DNA of 64,000 nucleotides from a virus (IMGVR_UViG_3300025597_000613:23495-87494), one strand, 5' to 3'. Positions 17,630 through 26,734 are shown, numbered from the stretch's first letter. Made by a program: numbers and translations. The notes: a model not told the origin generated them from the sequence alone.

Positions 17630-17743
17630 TTTATTTTCTCCGTTAAATGGTGTTATAATCTTCTAACACATTTACTTATCTCTCTGTTCACAAAAATGTT
17701 ATTTTCTTGGACAAAAAGAGCCATTTTATAGGAGTAGAAATAA

Positions 17744-17767
17744 GAAAGGGGCCCTAGGGCCCCTTTC
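17744..17767 (-). terminator. rho-independent terminator GAAAGGGGCCC-TA-GGGCCCCTTTC followed by T-rich run on minus strand
   Basis: perfect 11-bp palindrome arms downstream of HNH gene end. Confidence 0.5.
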
Positions 17768-17783
17768 TATGCGTAGTTATTCA

Positions 17784-18377
17784 CTACTGATCGTTAGCTA
17801 CCATATTACTTGGATGGCTTACTACTTTGACGAGCTCATCGGCCCAATCAAGGTAATATTTCCATTCCGGATCTCGAATATAGATAGGCAATTGCTTTCT
17901 CTTGTTCAAGACTTCGTAATAGGTCGGCTTATATGGCTTAACCTTAGGCAAGATGGAAGCATCGTTACCCTTTTCACTGTTACAGGTCTTGCACGAGGTG
18001 CAGACGTTGAGCCAATTGGTCTTGCCGCCGCGCGACCTTGGGACCACGTGATCGATGGTTAAATCCGCCATTTTTGTCTTGCCACCGCGCTCACGGCATA
18101 GCGACGTGCTTTGCAGCTGACACGTAAAATTGTCACGCAAATAGACGTTGGTTCTGCTGTACTTTAGGTGTTTATTCCACTTAACCTGCTCAGTCATGAT
18201 CACAATAGACGGAACAGGAATTTCCAGGTGTTGCGACCTTACAACCCAATCGTCATAGGATTTCAACACCTTGACCTTGTCGGTGTAGATAAGACGCATA
18301 GCATCTTGCCATGTAGCCACAGAAAGTGGCAACAAGGAAAGTGGCATACCATCGGCGTTGAGTACAAGTGTGTCCAT
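17784..18377 (-). CDS. HNH endonuclease (Cys4 zinc-binding HNH)
   Basis: CQLQSTSLC...DHVVPRSRGGKTNWLNVCTSCKTCNSEKG is an HNH motif with flanking Cys pairs. Confidence 0.6.
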   Translation of the reverse strand: MDTLVLNADGMPLSLLPLSVATWQDAMRLIYTDKVKVLKSYDDWVVRSQHLEIPVPSIVIMTEQVKWNKHLKYSRTNVYLRDNFTCQLQSTSLCRERGGKTKMADLTIDHVVPRSRGGKTNWLNVCTSCKTCNSEKGNDASILPKVKPYKPTYYEVLNKRKQLPIYIRDPEWKYYLDWADELVKVVSHPSNMVANDQ

Positions 18378-18449
18378 GATTTTTTGGATTTGAAATTGTT
18401 AGATTTCTAACTAACAGTGTACTGACTGAGGGTGTATAAGTCAATACAC

Positions 18450-18710
18450 CTAATTGATAATTTGAAGGTATTTTTGTAATTCTTCCGGTACACCTTTGAG
18501 TCGCATAACCAGTGCATCTTCATCATTCATGAAATCTACACGTATGGTTTCATTCCACCATAGTCGCCCGCCGCCATCCGAAGCAATAGTAGAATATGCA
18601 ACTTCATCATTGCAGATTCCATCGGCCCAATCTTTGAAGAAGAGGTCAAGAATCTTCTTCTTTTCCGGAGTAGCTCTTAGATGATAATACAGGGAAGTTC
18701 GATACATCAA
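18450..18710 (-). CDS. hypothetical protein (86 aa)
   Basis: minus-strand ORF. Confidence 0.4.
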   Translation of the reverse strand: MMYRTSLYYHLRATPEKKKILDLFFKDWADGICNDEVAYSTIASDGGGRLWWNETIRVDFMNDEDALVMRLKGVPEELQKYLQIIN

Positions 18711-18750
18711 AGTTGCCTTTGATGTATTTATCTTTCATTGTACTACAGTT

Positions 18751-19026
18751 TTACTTCTTGGGCGTATGGTCAATCAGCCATTGCTCGATAGCCGAGGGCT
18801 TGTTGTCTGCAACGGCCGGGGCAGATGCTGCGGGCTCAGTAGACGTCGCAGCATTAGGCGATTTTACAGCATTATCCATCAGGGCTGCAGGACCAAAAAA
18901 CAATGCAACAGCCATCAAGATGACAAAGAGCCAAATGAAATTTCTTGCCATAAGCTTAAACAACCAATCAAGGGAATAAATGCCAGCAATGAATAGAATA
19001 GCCAGCCCAGAGAATATTGATTTCAT
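18751..19026 (-). CDS. small membrane protein (91 aa)
   Basis: three hydrophobic segments. Confidence 0.4.
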   Translation of the reverse strand: MKSIFSGLAILFIAGIYSLDWLFKLMARNFIWLFVILMAVALFFGPAALMDNAVKSPNAATSTEPAASAPAVADNKPSAIEQWLIDHTPKK

Positions 19027-19040
19027 GATACTCCTAAAAA

Positions 19041-19062
19041 GAAAAGGGCCTAAGCCCTTTCC
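19041..19062 (-). terminator. hairpin AAAGGGC-CTAA-GCCCTTT followed by T-run on minus strand
   Basis: inverted repeat just downstream of VWA gene end. Confidence 0.4.
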
Positions 19063-20265
19063 TTATCGACGCTTCGGGGAATGACTATCCGGCTCGTACC
19101 AGGCAGTCATACCAAACGGTGCAACCAACCGATGAGACGGGTCACCGTGAATCAGGAACAGGGTGTCGCAATAATTCTCATCACCCCAGCTACCACAAGG
19201 ATAACCGTCCGTCATCATAATGAATCGTTCAGGTTGCAGGTCCTTAGACTTCATGAACTCCCAATTACACATGAAATCGGTGCCACCGCCACCGGCCAGC
19301 GGATACTCATTGATTTCTTCGAGATTTTCCGGAGTGTACTTGATATGGTTGTACACGCGAGTATCGAAGCACCAAACATCCAGCTCAAAGTCCATGAACT
19401 GTTCCATAATGCCCTTAGTTTCGCCGAGCAAATCGCGCAGCATATCTTCAGACATAGAACCCGACGCATCGATGGAGACAGCGGCCTTGACCTTGAAGTC
19501 ATTCTTGGTAGCAGGCAGATAGATGCCCGAGGCCTGCATCTTACGCGAGCAACGATCCCAGGTAAAATCGCTCTTCACCATCGATTGAATCTTCATGTTA
19601 AGAATCTCGCGCCAGTCCATCTGCGGCTCGGTGAGATCCTTCAGCATGCGGCGCACACCGGCAGGGGTATTACCGGCACCGGATGCCTTCGCAGCCTGCA
19701 TCACAGCATTGCGAATTTCGTCACGCAGCGCGGCAACTTCTTCGGCCGACATGGGTTCACCACGACCATCACCGGAGCCGGGCTCAAGGTGGATGTCGAA
19801 CTCGGGGAAGTTTTGGTTCGGATCCTTCATCAGCAGTTCGTAGACTTCTTCAGCGAACATGCCCTTGTACTTTTCATCGATACAACCTTGCACACCCGAA
19901 GTCTTCGGATTCGGCATCTTACCGATGCGGTGCTCACTCAGTTCCAGATTGATAACGAAGTCGGCTGCCGCGTTCCACATCTTCGGCTTACGCTCACCAC
20001 GACGGTTCATGTGATCGTAGACACAGTGTTCCACTTCGTGCGCAACAAGGAAGATGGTCTCTTGTTTATCGAGTTTGGAGATGAAATCACGGTTGTAGTA
20101 GAAATAGCGACCGTCCGTACCGGCGGTCTTACACCAGTCTTCATCAGTCGCATCCTTGAGGATCAGGCGCGTGGCCAGCGTACCCCAAAACGGTTGCTGA
20201 AGGAGAAGGGAAATACGAGCGCGGGTGAGTTGCTCAAGAACGGCTGCGGGACTGTTATCTGCCAT
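19063..20265 (-). CDS. VWA-domain protein with N-terminal HExxH metallopeptidase-like domain (DUF2201-like, MoxR partner)
   Basis: HEVEHCVYDH (HExxH); MIDAS motif DASGSMS; start set at ATG preceded by AGAGG. Confidence 0.7.
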   Translation of the reverse strand: MADNSPAAVLEQLTRARISLLLQQPFWGTLATRLILKDATDEDWCKTAGTDGRYFYYNRDFISKLDKQETIFLVAHEVEHCVYDHMNRRGERKPKMWNAAADFVINLELSEHRIGKMPNPKTSGVQGCIDEKYKGMFAEEVYELLMKDPNQNFPEFDIHLEPGSGDGRGEPMSAEEVAALRDEIRNAVMQAAKASGAGNTPAGVRRMLKDLTEPQMDWREILNMKIQSMVKSDFTWDRCSRKMQASGIYLPATKNDFKVKAAVSIDASGSMSEDMLRDLLGETKGIMEQFMDFELDVWCFDTRVYNHIKYTPENLEEINEYPLAGGGGTDFMCNWEFMKSKDLQPERFIMMTDGYPCGSWGDENYCDTLFLIHGDPSHRLVAPFGMTAWYEPDSHSPKRR

Positions 20266-20331
20266 TGTAGACCTCTTAGTTGATGTTTGTATTTTAGTAG
20301 GATGTTGCGTAATGGTCAACCAGTTGCACCA

Positions 20332-20514
20332 TTATATATCCATTGCGCATTCATGACTGCATCTTTCGCAGCAATTGCACATGGTTTCGTAATCTTCGTT
20401 TATTTCCTCAGTGTAGGGACAGGTATGAGGTTCGAGGCCTGTACGGTTGCATCTGTCGCATTTTCCGTACACTAGTCGCTCAAACGTCTCTTCCTCGGTG
20501 TGGGTCTTTTTCAT
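20332..20514 (-). CDS. small Cys-rich protein, DTF-family-like N-terminus
   Basis: MKKTHTEEETFERL... then CDRC/CPY/CNCCERCSHEC cluster; track's longer ORF reads through an upstream hairpin, so start moved to internal ATG. Confidence 0.4.
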   Translation of the reverse strand: MKKTHTEEETFERLVYGKCDRCNRTGLEPHTCPYTEEINEDYETMCNCCERCSHECAMDI

Positions 20515-20522
20515 ATTAGAAG

Positions 20523-20544
20523 GACAGGGGCCTGAGCCCCTGTC
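20523..20544 (-). terminator. hairpin GACAGGGGC-CTGA-GCCCCTGTC
   Basis: perfect 9-bp stem; near-identical to the hairpin at 20781..20800. Confidence 0.45.
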
Positions 20545-20578
20545 AAATGGTTCCCCAACCAAATCATTATTTTTGCTT

Positions 20579-20779
20579 TTATCCCCACGCACCAGGCATT
20601 TCCTCTTCTCTGGTCATAGCCTGGATAAATGTGGTCATATTGCCGATGTTATGAGAGGCCACGCCGCCCTGTAATACCCACCCTAATGCAAGGTAGGCAT
20701 TGACAGCATTCTCTAAAAGGGCGATAGTATCACCCCTTACAATCATGTACTCTTTCGACATCGGCATATTGTTCTCCAT
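20579..20779 (-). CDS. hypothetical protein (66 aa)
   Basis: minus-strand ORF bracketed by two similar hairpins. Confidence 0.35.
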   Translation of the reverse strand: MENNMPMSKEYMIVRGDTIALLENAVNAYLALGWVLQGGVASHNIGNMTTFIQAMTREEEMPGAWG

Positions 20780-20780
20780 A

Positions 20781-20800
20781 GATAGGGACTTGAGCCCCTA
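20781..20800 (-). terminator. hairpin ATAGGG-ACTTGAGC-CCCTAT (variant of the 20523 hairpin)
   Basis: inverted repeat just downstream of AAA ATPase gene. Confidence 0.35.
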
Positions 20801-20804
20801 TCCA

Positions 20805-21896
20805 TCAGTCTTCCAGGATGTACTTACCGTACTTCTCGTGGAACTGCTTGAACGCCTTCAGCTCGCGGTGGTTAATCAGTTCCACGTAGTCGCGCAGTGC
20901 GGTCTTAGCACCCAGGACGATCATCTCGGTCTGGAAGTTAGCCATCATGTACACGAAGAAGTTATCCACGCATTCATGCCACGCCTTCATATCGAAGCCG
21001 TCTTCCTTCGCCTTCGCCTTCGCGGTCCATTCCTGGAGCGTATAGCACATGGAGATGGTCAGCGAATACATGGCGCTCAGATCCTTGACGTTCAGATCCT
21101 TGACCTTACCCACCAGCACATCTTCCGGCTTCGGCATCTTGGCCGCAACACGACGGTGAGCAGCGAACTCGGTAGCCAGACCGTCACCAACGGTACCGGC
21201 GACCAGCGTCGTATTCAGCGATTCCGGCAGCTCGTCACCAATCAGCTGCGAAACGAATGCCCACGAACGCGGAGTAGCGAACGCCTTGTCCGGGCTCTTC
21301 GGATCGAAGTTGAAGAGCTTTTGCTTGTGGTGCGACAGGAAGCCCACGACGTCCGGATGGACCTTGGCACCAATCGCCCACTTCTGCCAGTCTTCGAAGT
21401 TAGCACCCATCTCGATGTGAACCAGACGGTTGGCCAGCGGGCTGGGCATACGGTAGGTAACACCCTTGTCGCTATCACGGTTGCCCGCGCACACCATCGA
21501 CACACCCTTCGGCAGCTTGTATTCGCCAACACGACGGTTCAGGATCAGCTGGTAGGCCGCAGCTTGCACGCTCGGCGGAGCAGCGTTGATTTCGTCCAGG
21601 AACAGGATTGCATTTTCCAGGAACGTGTCGGTCGGCAGGTCAGCCGGTTGCGCCCACTTCATCGTCTTCGATTCCGGATCAAAATACGGAATACCCTTGA
21701 TGTCGGTCGGTTCCAGCAGAAGCAGACGCATGTCGATAACGGGACGACCAGTCTCTTCGCCGATCTCGGCAATCAGTTCCGACTTGCCAATGCCCGGAGG
21801 GCCCCAGATCATCGCAGGGCGGCCAACCTTCATGCAACGGGTCAGCAGGGTTCGAACGTCGCGCGGACGGCTGGGATCACGGGTGGAATTGCTCAT
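20805..21896 (-). CDS. MoxR/CobS-like AAA+ ATPase
   Basis: Walker A GPPGIGKS; Walker B ILFLDEIN; ~360 aa single AAA module typical of MoxR/CobS family. Confidence 0.8.
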   Translation of the reverse strand: MSNSTRDPSRPRDVRTLLTRCMKVGRPAMIWGPPGIGKSELIAEIGEETGRPVIDMRLLLLEPTDIKGIPYFDPESKTMKWAQPADLPTDTFLENAILFLDEINAAPPSVQAAAYQLILNRRVGEYKLPKGVSMVCAGNRDSDKGVTYRMPSPLANRLVHIEMGANFEDWQKWAIGAKVHPDVVGFLSHHKQKLFNFDPKSPDKAFATPRSWAFVSQLIGDELPESLNTTLVAGTVGDGLATEFAAHRRVAAKMPKPEDVLVGKVKDLNVKDLSAMYSLTISMCYTLQEWTAKAKAKEDGFDMKAWHECVDNFFVYMMANFQTEMIVLGAKTALRDYVELINHRELKAFKQFHEKYGKYILED

Positions 21897-21956
21897 GTAA
21901 AGTTCTCCTTGGTTGGTTGGGTTGAGCTAAAAACGTATGTCACTATTATGTATGTG

Positions 21957-22355
21957 TTATGCAATGGCGTCAATTGGCTTAGACTGATTCTTGAATGTCA
22001 TGCCACCAAAGGTAAGCGTGAACAACAAACAATCTTCCTCGTTCACAAAGAAGAAATCAAAATAATCAAATAGTTGACTCCAAATCCAGTTATCTCCGAA
22101 TTTTTCATTGCACCATTTTGCCATGTTGTTGAACTCGTCGTCGCTTACTTGGTTTATATCGAATCTAATGCCGGGAAATTTATTTTGAAGTTTTACCTTA
22201 TTCACAGTTGTGAATTCTCCAAGCCCAAAGGATTGAAATTTTATTTTCAAATTCTCCAGAGTGGGACCGTTGAGTGCTACCATAATATTTGGTCGTATGA
22301 TTGCAATTCCAAGACTAACGTAAGATTCTTTGAGGAATAAACCACCATCGGTCAT
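21957..22355 (-). CDS. hypothetical protein (start at internal ATG, ATGA overlap with upstream gene)
   Basis: ORF 21957..22421; ATG at 22355 preceded by AAGG. Confidence 0.4.
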   Translation of the reverse strand: MTDGGLFLKESYVSLGIAIIRPNIMVALNGPTLENLKIKFQSFGLGEFTTVNKVKLQNKFPGIRFDINQVSDDEFNNMAKWCNEKFGDNWIWSQLFDYFDFFFVNEEDCLLFTLTFGGMTFKNQSKPIDAIA

Positions 22356-22678
22356 TTTACCTTCCCGGCCAGAATGTCCCACATAAGCTTCTCTTCGCAC
22401 TCTGTGGCAAAGTTGGGCCAAATCTCGGTGAGTTTGGTAAAGGTGATGCGATTGTATCCTTTTCTGATCTTTGATTGCACCAGTTTCTGCAATTCACCGC
22501 CAGTTACATCGGCCTTGAATTGCATAGCCTTGCCTCGCCGAGCCCAGAAGATAACACAATTCCAACCATAATCTTTGCTAGACCAGGTAGAAGTGCCCGT
22601 GTCACGAAGAAAATAACCCCACACCTTGTCGTGATTGTCTTCGTGACACCAGCCAATGAATGGGAATTCAGTCTTCAT
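22352..22678 (-). CDS. hypothetical protein (108 aa)
   Basis: minus-strand ORF. Confidence 0.4.
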   Translation of the reverse strand: MKTEFPFIGWCHEDNHDKVWGYFLRDTGTSTWSSKDYGWNCVIFWARRGKAMQFKADVTGGELQKLVQSKIRKGYNRITFTKLTEIWPNFATECEEKLMWDILAGKVK

Positions 22679-22944
22679 TTCTTTTCCAGAAGTTTATTCA
22701 GACGTCGAGTCGGATAGAGCACACTTGCCATATCATCGTGAGTAACGCGACTCCTAATCTGATCGTTCTCGCTGAGTATAACATCAAATTCCGGAAATTC
22801 AGTGTCATCCCAATTGATATATTCTTCTGATTGAAAAATCTTGAAATAGATTTCTTCACCTTCGATAATTCCGTCGTTCGTCCAGGTAACTGGAATCTCA
22901 TTGATATTATCGCCCTGTCTAATGATAAGCTTTGCGTTGGTCAT
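22675..22944 (-). CDS. hypothetical protein (89 aa)
   Basis: minus-strand ORF, 4-nt overlap. Confidence 0.4.
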   Translation of the reverse strand: MTNAKLIIRQGDNINEIPVTWTNDGIIEGEEIYFKIFQSEEYINWDDTEFPEFDVILSENDQIRSRVTHDDMASVLYPTRRLNKLLEKK

Positions 22945-23606
22945 ATACTTCCTTTAATAATACCGACCATGGTATCACTTTCTTCTTCGAAGCGTTGTTG
23001 CTCCAACCCGGGCCAATCGGCAAGGAAAATCTTCACATCATAACCCCAACTTTCATTTCCGCCACCACCAGAGCCGGTTTTTAATCCAACAAGATTAACT
23101 AGTGCGCTATATGGATAATCATTATTGTGTTTAGGGAGTCGCTTCAAGACCCCGTCGATACGACCATTCCACCCGGGATAACCCTTAGGTAATGTAGGAT
23201 CATTTACACACCAATTTGTGGTGCCATTATCGGGACATCTATGCGAATTAGATATCAATTTATTGAATCTACCAACCTTAAGCGTCAATTTGGTAAATTC
23301 ATCAGTATCTGGATAGCATTTTTCAGAGAAGGAATGATAGTCCTTGGCGTGAATTCCCGCTTTAAAAGCTTTCATGATTGTTTTCTGGTTTTCCAGGAAC
23401 CAGGGAACAATTTGATCCACATGAGTAATTTTTAGTTTTTCTTCATGGAGCCATTTCCAGAAATTTTTGGAAATTTGCCTATATTCGCGCTCGTCCCTCA
23501 TCTCCTTGCGTAACTCCTTGAGATGATTTATATATTTTCTTCGCTCATGTTTTTCGAAGATGAGCCCGGTAAACCGGCATTTATATACCTCGACACGCAT
23601 TAACAA
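22941..23606 (-). CDS. hypothetical protein (221 aa)
   Basis: minus-strand ORF; Gly-rich segment TGSGGGGNESWG. Confidence 0.45.
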   Translation of the reverse strand: MLMRVEVYKCRFTGLIFEKHERRKYINHLKELRKEMRDEREYRQISKNFWKWLHEEKLKITHVDQIVPWFLENQKTIMKAFKAGIHAKDYHSFSEKCYPDTDEFTKLTLKVGRFNKLISNSHRCPDNGTTNWCVNDPTLPKGYPGWNGRIDGVLKRLPKHNNDYPYSALVNLVGLKTGSGGGGNESWGYDVKIFLADWPGLEQQRFEEESDTMVGIIKGSI

Positions 23607-23953
23607 TCCTTAATAATTTCCATCACGGCTTTAGTGCTAATTCCGAGAGCAATAGCTTTGCTATGCAGACGATGGGCAACATCATAATGCCGCTTATGTG
23701 CATGGCCCGACCACATATGTTTACCCTTTTCCATCTCATATTCCCAACCACATGCATCGACATGACTGGCATGGCAGAATTTTTGATGATGGATAATAGC
23801 AAGTTTTTCGATATCACTAAGTGAATCAAAATATTCATCCTGTGATCGCAATCTTTGAATTTCTGCCTTGATTTGTTCGGCATGATCTTCTAATTTCTTA
23901 ATCTTGTCTTGGTTAGGAGTCATAATAGTTCCTAAAGAAAATAGGGGCAACAT
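23600..23953 (-). CDS. hypothetical His-rich protein (117 aa)
   Basis: HHQKFCHASHVDACGWEY...HMWSGHAHKRH, possible metal binding. Confidence 0.4.
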   Translation of the reverse strand: MLPLFSLGTIMTPNQDKIKKLEDHAEQIKAEIQRLRSQDEYFDSLSDIEKLAIIHHQKFCHASHVDACGWEYEMEKGKHMWSGHAHKRHYDVAHRLHSKAIALGISTKAVMEIIKDC

Positions 23954-23968
23954 TACTGTTACCCCTAT
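23938..23968 (-). terminator. hairpin AATAGGGG-N14-CCCCTATT
   Basis: 8-bp inverted repeat downstream of gene 24000..24629. Confidence 0.3.
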
Positions 23969-23999
23969 TATAAGCCCTTATGGGCGGCAGTCAATTGGT

Positions 24000-24629
24000 T
24001 TAGAAGAAAGCTCCACCAAGTGCCACAGTGAGGACAGTCAGGCCAATCATCACCCAGAATGCCAGCCATTCACCGTCGGTCTTTAGGTCCTGGATAGACT
24101 TAGGAACACGAACCAGCTTGGTACCGGAGATTGCACCCCAGAGATAGCTATACGGGACTTCCTTCATTTCCTTGGTGAAGAGTCGCTTGTAGACAACACG
24201 AACCATGGTAAGGCCTACCACCACAAACAGAGTGCCGTACATCATCTTCAGGATAGTCGTGCCCGCAACCTTCCAAATAATGACAATTGCGGTCAGGATA
24301 CCTGCCGGGCTCTTCAGGAAATCATTGATAGTCACATTCAGTTCTTTTGCAGCAATTCCGAGTGCCTTAGCGAAACCTTCGGCAGCCGCTGCAAGCTGAT
24401 TGCCCCAGGTTGCAGCAAGAGTCACACCGGCCGTAATCGATTCAGGCTTCACTTCCGCCTTAGGCGAAGCTACCTGAGCAGCGGTTTCAGCCACCTTCTT
24501 TGCAGCAATTGCCTTCAGTTCGGCAATTTGTGCCTCAGAGAGGCCCGAAGTATCGACGGTGGTTTGACCGGCAAATGAAGCCATAGCACAGAATGCCAGG
24601 GCAAAGGACGCAATTACTTTACGAAACAT
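24000..24629 (-). CDS. membrane/secreted protein (start at ATG with AGAGG SD)
   Basis: signal-like N-terminus MFRKVIASFALAFCAMASFA; C-terminal TM helices. Confidence 0.45.
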   Translation of the reverse strand: MFRKVIASFALAFCAMASFAGQTTVDTSGLSEAQIAELKAIAAKKVAETAAQVASPKAEVKPESITAGVTLAATWGNQLAAAAEGFAKALGIAAKELNVTINDFLKSPAGILTAIVIIWKVAGTTILKMMYGTLFVVVGLTMVRVVYKRLFTKEMKEVPYSYLWGAISGTKLVRVPKSIQDLKTDGEWLAFWVMIGLTVLTVALGGAFF

Positions 24630-24834
24630 GGTTACCTCTTTGGTTGAATGTTGAACTCTTATATACGTTGATATGCGGAAGACCGTACTTATCATTCAGC
24701 TTTTCGCAAAGCTGTAAAGCATCATCCATCGTACCACAACGAGTTCGGATACCGTCGAACATAGCGTAATGTGCGTCGGAACCAATCCATTGATAGTACG
24801 CAGATTTATATTTCTGATCAAGTGGTTTCAGCAT
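24619..24834 (-). CDS. hypothetical small protein
   Basis: ORF 24619..24984 trimmed to internal ATG; upstream part is Arg/Ser-rich and overlaps the AAA gene. Confidence 0.25.
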   Translation of the reverse strand: MLKPLDQKYKSAYYQWIGSDAHYAMFDGIRTRCGTMDDALQLCEKLNDKYGLPHINVYKSSTFNQRGNHVS

Positions 24835-24865
24835 ATCAACATTGTAAGGCAATATGCCCTCGGCG

Positions 24866-25960
24866 TCAATAGACGTAATCCTGCCAGTTCTTCTTTTCTG
24901 CCTTTTCCTTGCTGAAGACAACAACCGCGACATCCGGCGTGCCTTCGTTGAGGACGTAAGTGAAAGTACCCTTCTCAACGTCAATTGCCTTCAGGTAACG
25001 CTGATCCACATCCAGGGTGAAGGAAGTTTCCTCTTCGGTATCTTCTCCATTGCCATTGGGGTCGGTATCAATCCAAAGATTGATAGTATTGTGCATCATC
25101 GGATTACCACGGAAGGAATCAGGATTGACATGTTCAGGTCCGAATTCTTTGCCCTTTGCCATCACCTTGACATCATAGGTAGTATAACTACCTTGGACGA
25201 AGGGTTTGACGTTAAGCATTTCCAGTGCCTGTTGCGGGCTTTCGTTGTATCGATTCATTTCTTCGACAAGAGCCTTCAGCATGTCAAAGTTGATACTATC
25301 AAAGACCATGGTAAGGCGCACCACCGATTCGAGGTATTCCTTATTCAGAAGATTGTCTTCGCAGTAGCTACGAATGAAATCAGCCTCAAGTCCCTTATAT
25401 TCCAGGGCGTAGAAAATTCGACCCGGTCGATTAGTCATATTGCTGTTGATGCGACCACGATCGTTGGAAGTAAGCACAAACAGAGTCTTCGAAGGATAAA
25501 CACCATCAAGGAGAGTCAGCAGGGCTTCCTGGTCCTTCTCACTGTATACCTTCTCGAATTCATCAAAAACAACAACTTTCGGTTCAGTAATATCTTGGAT
25601 GAATTTATTGAAGGCGTCGCCATTGAAGGAATTATTGACGATAATGGTAGGAATACCACGCTCGGCCGCCTTACGGGTTACCAGTTTAGCAAGGAGGGTC
25701 TTGCCCGAGCCTTTTTCGCCATTCAGGAGCACACCAGTGCTTGCAGGACGAGAAAGGAAAGTATCAAGGATTCGATCGGCCTGACGCGGGGAATTACCGT
25801 AGATCTTACCGGTGATATCAAAGTCCTTGGTTTCAGTCAGAAAAAATCCCTCCAAGCTGACATTGACCATATAGGTGCCGACCGGAAGACCGTCACGAAT
25901 ATCGTATGCACCAGGTTGGGTAATAAAGAGATTTTCGCCTCGCTTAAGGAAGTGTGTCAT
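24866..25960 (-). CDS. AAA-family ATPase
   Basis: Walker A GEKGSGKT; Walker B VVVFDEFE; the antisense 421-aa plus-strand ORF was rejected. Confidence 0.65.
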   Translation of the reverse strand: MTHFLKRGENLFITQPGAYDIRDGLPVGTYMVNVSLEGFFLTETKDFDITGKIYGNSPRQADRILDTFLSRPASTGVLLNGEKGSGKTLLAKLVTRKAAERGIPTIIVNNSFNGDAFNKFIQDITEPKVVVFDEFEKVYSEKDQEALLTLLDGVYPSKTLFVLTSNDRGRINSNMTNRPGRIFYALEYKGLEADFIRSYCEDNLLNKEYLESVVRLTMVFDSINFDMLKALVEEMNRYNESPQQALEMLNVKPFVQGSYTTYDVKVMAKGKEFGPEHVNPDSFRGNPMMHNTINLWIDTDPNGNGEDTEEETSFTLDVDQRYLKAIDVEKGTFTYVLNEGTPDVAVVVFSKEKAEKKNWQDYVY

Positions 25961-25976
25961 AGTTTTCTTTCAAAAG

Positions 25977-26210
25977 TTATTTGTGTGCTTGAAGATAGGT
26001 GCGAACCCAGGTCGCAATATTGTCGCTGTCGGTATAGAATCGAAGTTCGTTTCCATTCATACCGACAGCTTCAAAAATGTATTCGTCTGTCGAATAATTG
26101 TTTTTCAGAGATTTTTTAAAGTCGGCAAGTTCCTCAACAACATAAAGGCTCAGACGACCGAGGTCCCAGCCATATTTTGCCTTACGTGATTTCAATTCTC
26201 TTGAGTACAT
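25977..26210 (-). CDS. hypothetical protein (77 aa)
   Basis: minus-strand ORF. Confidence 0.4.
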   Translation of the reverse strand: MYSRELKSRKAKYGWDLGRLSLYVVEELADFKKSLKNNYSTDEYIFEAVGMNGNELRFYTDSDNIATWVRTYLQAHK

Positions 26211-26211
26211 A

Positions 26212-26733
26212 TTACAGAGTGGTTACGGTTGAATCAGGGAGCCAGAGAGTGACAGGAAAATCCATTGTCTCCTCAATAATGGTAGAGATAATTTTCCAAT
26301 TGCCGCCGCCACGAGCGGCACCAATCATAGGAATATGAACTTCTGCTGGCGCAAAGACAACGTCCTTATTTCCCTCGAAAAGGGTGTTGGATGCCTTTGC
26401 TTCTTCAATTTCTGCGATGTATTCATTTACAGCCTCGAAGCAGGTCGCAATTGCTTCATAGGATGTATGGCGATTTCCTGCCCCGTAGGAATCTTGCGTA
26501 ATTGCATTCCAAACAATCAGCCCTTCGGCAGCCAGCACCGGGTATGCTCTACCAAGCACAAGTCCATCTTCGCCATAGATTTGACGATAATTTTGGTACA
26601 CATGTGGCCAGGTGTTTTTCACGCCCAGGGCCACGCCGGATCCCATTACACCTTGTGCATTGCATCCGTGAACAATGTGTCCTTGTTTCACATGCAACAG
26701 ATTACCGGTTTTGACAACAATGGTAGTAGTCAT
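26212..26733 (-). CDS. macro-domain protein (ADP-ribose binding/hydrolase-like)
   Basis: IVHGCNAQGVMGSGVALGVK matches macro-domain N-A-x-N ... G-G-G-V signature; AAGGA SD before ATG at 26733. Confidence 0.7.
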   Translation of the reverse strand: MTTTIVVKTGNLLHVKQGHIVHGCNAQGVMGSGVALGVKNTWPHVYQNYRQIYGEDGLVLGRAYPVLAAEGLIVWNAITQDSYGAGNRHTSYEAIATCFEAVNEYIAEIEEAKASNTLFEGNKDVVFAPAEVHIPMIGAARGGGNWKIISTIIEETMDFPVTLWLPDSTVTTL

Positions 26734-26734
26734 T

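Noticed and set aside
19081-20283. 400-aa plus-strand ORF
   Set aside because: Exactly antisense to the VWA/HExxH gene; Arg/Leu/His-rich shadow-ORF composition, no motifs, opposite to the uniform minus-strand gene flow.
20700-22073. 457-aa plus-strand ORF
   Set aside because: Antisense to the MoxR/CobS-like AAA+ gene, which has clear Walker motifs; R/L/H/V-rich low-complexity translation typical of a shadow ORF.
24854-26119. 421-aa plus-strand ORF
   Set aside because: Antisense to the AAA ATPase (Walker A/B on the minus strand); no motifs.
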